This document shows, in pieces, positions 61,197 to 64,000 of a stretch of DNA of 64,000 nt (position 1 is its first letter; the number at the start of each line of letters is the position of its first letter). Source of the DNA: Zootoca vivipara (taxonomy: Eukaryota); NCBI RefSeq assembly GCF_963506605.1, contig NC_083288.1, positions 29,016,001-29,080,000 on the forward strand, written 5' to 3'. A program made the position numbers and the translations under genes. The notes below the pieces were generated by a model that worked only from the letters and a program-made list of their open reading frames with translations, did not search any database and was not told the DNA's origin.

Positions 61197-62031
61197 TACT
61201 TGCACTGGCATGCTTTCGAACGCTACATTGGCAGGAGCTGGAAATAGAGCAACAGGAGCTCACTCGGTTGCGGGGATTCGAACGGCCAACCTTCCGAGCG
61301 GCAAGTCCCAGAGGCTCAGTGGTTTAAACCACAGTGCCACCCGCGTCCTAACAAAACCTGGAGGGCATGACACTGATTTCTGTGTTAAACCAATAGTTGA
61401 AAGAGCAAGTTAAACGTTGTTGTTGTTAGTTCTTTTCTTTCTCCACAGCTCCTGCCCTTTAGCAGAGGGTGAACTTGCCACACACCCATGTCTAAAATGA
61501 AGGGATTAATCTGTTGTTTGGGTTTCCCATTTTTCCAATCCTAAAATCAGCTCTCCAGATTTGTCTGTAAAAAAGTCCTTATGTAAAATTATCAGCCTTT
61601 TACTGTGGATTACTCCTACTATACATGTTAGAAAGCATTTCTTTCCTATTACAGACATACACTCTCTCTTTTGCAAAGAATTTTCTCTAATATAATACAT
61701 TTTGTATGCTATGTTCAGAAATATATGCATTTAATGCACTCTTTATCTATTATATGCATCTTTCTCCATATTATGATTGAGTTTTGGGTTGCATGTTGTT
61801 TAGGAAAGTTCAGATTAGTTAGATTCAGCTTTACATGCAAACTGAATAGAATTCCTCCTTCATCCCTAGTCCATACTCTCTATTTCAGCGTTTGGGATAA
61901 ACCATTAATCCTTTGGTTTTTGTTCCACTTCAATTCAGTTCAAATATCATTTCAGTTCATTTCACTTCAGTTCAATTGTCACATTTAAGAAGGGCACTGT
62001 CAGGTCGAGGAACAATATGTTTAAGTTAGGT

Positions 62032-62167
62032 CAGGCATCCCCAAACTTCGGCCCTCCAGATGTTTTGGACTACAATTCCCATCTTCCCTGACCACTGGTC
62101 CTGCTAGCTAGGGATCATGGGAGTTGTAGGCCAAAACATCTGGAGGGCTGCAGTTTGGGGATGCCTG
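62032..62167. mobile_element. 136-bp hAT MITE
   Basis: TSD AGTTAGGT; TIR CAGGCATCCCCAAACT. Confidence 0.87.
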
Positions 62168-63024
62168 AGTTAGGTAGTTGGTAGTTAGGTATATTCATGC
62201 TGGCTTCAGGGGCTAAATATAATTCAAAATTAACTTTCAACTGGTTGCTGATACATCCAATTTTTAAGAATAATATTTTTATTGAATTACAGAAAATTAC
62301 AGTGGTTATTGTCTTTACTCCTAAATCTATACACAATTGTACATTGCATCATTTTGTTTTTGTTTTGTTTTTTTAAAAATTACAACTATGTGTGTCTTTA
62401 AAAGGCTCACAATTCACAATCTCACAAATTGTTCCTAATATTCATTGCTAACTGGATAATTTGAAGAGATCCAGCAACATCATCTGTATATATTGAACTT
62501 TAGATAATATAATGCACTGTTCCAAGTTACAAAGACAGGCAGAATACTAGGAATTAGACTATTCCAAACATTCCACGGGGCACCATTTCACAATGGGTGG
62601 CTTGGAATTTTGTCTGCAAAAACTACCAAAGACCTCCATGCTCCATGTTCTGCAGTTCTAAATAAGGATAAAGCACAAGAAAGGCTTATGTATGTGCAAA
62701 AGGCATATCCCTCAATTGTGTGCACTGATCAGGAACCCCCTGTATCATTTTTTTTAAAAAAAACAAGCTATTTATACACTGGGATACTGCCATTCTATAC
62801 TTGTATTTTCAGCAGTAATACCAATGAGTTCAGGGGAGCTTATACTTAGGTAAGTGGATATAGATTGCTTACTAAAATGTGCTTGTTATTTATGCACCAT
62901 GTTTGATTCTTAAGTACAAAATATATCATCTGAAACATCTTACATCAGCTAAACATAAACAATATCCTTTTGTCAACCTTTTCTTTCAGTTCACATATTT
63001 TTAAGAATGCTGCTCTAAAAGGAT

Positions 63025-63975
63025 CTAGAGCATTCTTGGGAGTATTGGAAGCAGCCTGCTTCTTCCATGAAATGTCTTGAGTGCTTCTTTAAAATCTTTG
63101 TTTCTCAGTGAATATATAAGTGGATTAACAACAGGGGGTACCACTGTATAAAGGAGAGAAACAAATTTGTCTTTGTCTGGGGAGTAGTCAGAGGACGGCC
63201 GGATATATGTGTAGATGATTGAGAAGAAGTAAAAACTTACTACAATGAGATGTGAGGAACATGTGGAGAAAGCCTTCTTCTTCCCTTCAGTGGAACGAAT
63301 TCTAAAGATAGCTCTCATGATAAACAAATAGGATATTAAGGTTAACCCACAACTTCCAATCCCAAATATCACATCTGCCACCAAAGCCATGGTTTCGTTC
63401 AGGCTGGTGTCAGAGCTTGAGAGCTCTAAAAGTGGAGGAAGATCACAGAAGAAATGGTTGATGATGTTAGAGTTGCAGAAGGACAGTTGCAGCACAAGTA
63501 CAGTGTGAATGGCAGAATTTCCCATTCCAGCAACCCACACTCCACTTGCTATGCCAAAACACACTTCCTTCCTCATAATGACTGTGTACTGCAAAGGATT
63601 ACAGATAGCAACATAGCGGTCAAAAGCCATAAATGAGAGAAGAAAAATCTCTGTTCCTAAAGCCCATATGAATAGATACACCTGTGTGATGCAGCCATAA
63701 AAGGAGATGGTCTTTGTGTGGGTCCAAAGAGTCTGGAGCAATTTAGGAGTTGTAACAGAGATGGAAAACACATTCACTAAGGACAGGTTGATGAGAAGGA
63801 AGTACATGGGTGTGTGGAGTTTTCTGCAACTGCATATGGTGAAGATGAGGAGGAAGTTCCCAGCCAAAGCAGTAGCATAGATAAATGTAAATACCCAAAA
63901 GAGAAGAGTCTGTAGTTCCAGGGAGCTGCTTAGGCTGACCAGTGTAAACTCCATAGCAGTAGACTGGTTTTTCAT
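63025..63975 (-). CDS. Olfactory receptor, OR13G1-like (316 aa), close paralogue of 57170-58120
   Basis: Intact ORF; LHTPMYFLL, MAFDRYVAIC, KAFSTCSSHL, NPLIYSLRN; the conserved ECL2 LSC is changed to LSS. Confidence 0.92.
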   Translation of the reverse strand: MKNQSTAMEFTLVSLSSSLELQTLLFWVFTFIYATALAGNFLLIFTICSCRKLHTPMYFLLINLSLVNVFSISVTTPKLLQTLWTHTKTISFYGCITQVYLFIWALGTEIFLLSFMAFDRYVAICNPLQYTVIMRKEVCFGIASGVWVAGMGNSAIHTVLVLQLSFCNSNIINHFFCDLPPLLELSSSDTSLNETMALVADVIFGIGSCGLTLISYLFIMRAIFRIRSTEGKKKAFSTCSSHLIVVSFYFFSIIYTYIRPSSDYSPDKDKFVSLLYTVVPPVVNPLIYSLRNKDFKEALKTFHGRSRLLPILPRML

Positions 63976-64000
63976 GTCAATACCTCTGATGTTGATGACC

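Larger units (their letters stand above)
60327..61349 (-). mobile_element. Older Sauria SINE hosting a hAT MITE and a second Sauria SINE
   Basis: Body split into 60327-60558, 60809-60841 and 61197-61349; flanked by a 40-bp direct repeat (60287-60326 and 61350-61389). Confidence 0.83.

Overview
Vertebrate genomic DNA, most likely a lacertid lizard (inferred from Sauria/Squam1 and Squam3-type SINEs with L2, CR1 and RTE-BovB remnants). The window crosses from a vomeronasal type-2 receptor (V2R) gene into an olfactory receptor (OR) cluster. V2R exons 2-6 lie on + at 1727-11200 with canonical splice sites and an open frame; exon 1 was not found. Six intact single-exon class II ORs follow (two OR6F1-like, one OR6B/6A-like, three OR13G1-like), plus one OR13G-like pseudogene fragment. 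Intergenic DNA is dense with transposons. These include a very young Mag-clade Gypsy element (identical 376-bp LTRs, 5-bp TSD, tRNA-Ser PBS, one frameshift), a solo LTR of the same family, many hAT and Tigger-like MITEs with clear TSDs, and two Penelope-like remnants carrying minimal hammerhead ribozymes. The best candidate for something undescribed is a dispersed ~0.7-kb LTR-like non-coding family (five main copies, one partial). Its diverged copies keep a covarying stem/U-rich internal loop/stem resembling a poly(A)-capturing ENE triple-helix element. There is one assembly gap (20582-20713). Family names come from remembered motifs, not database searches.
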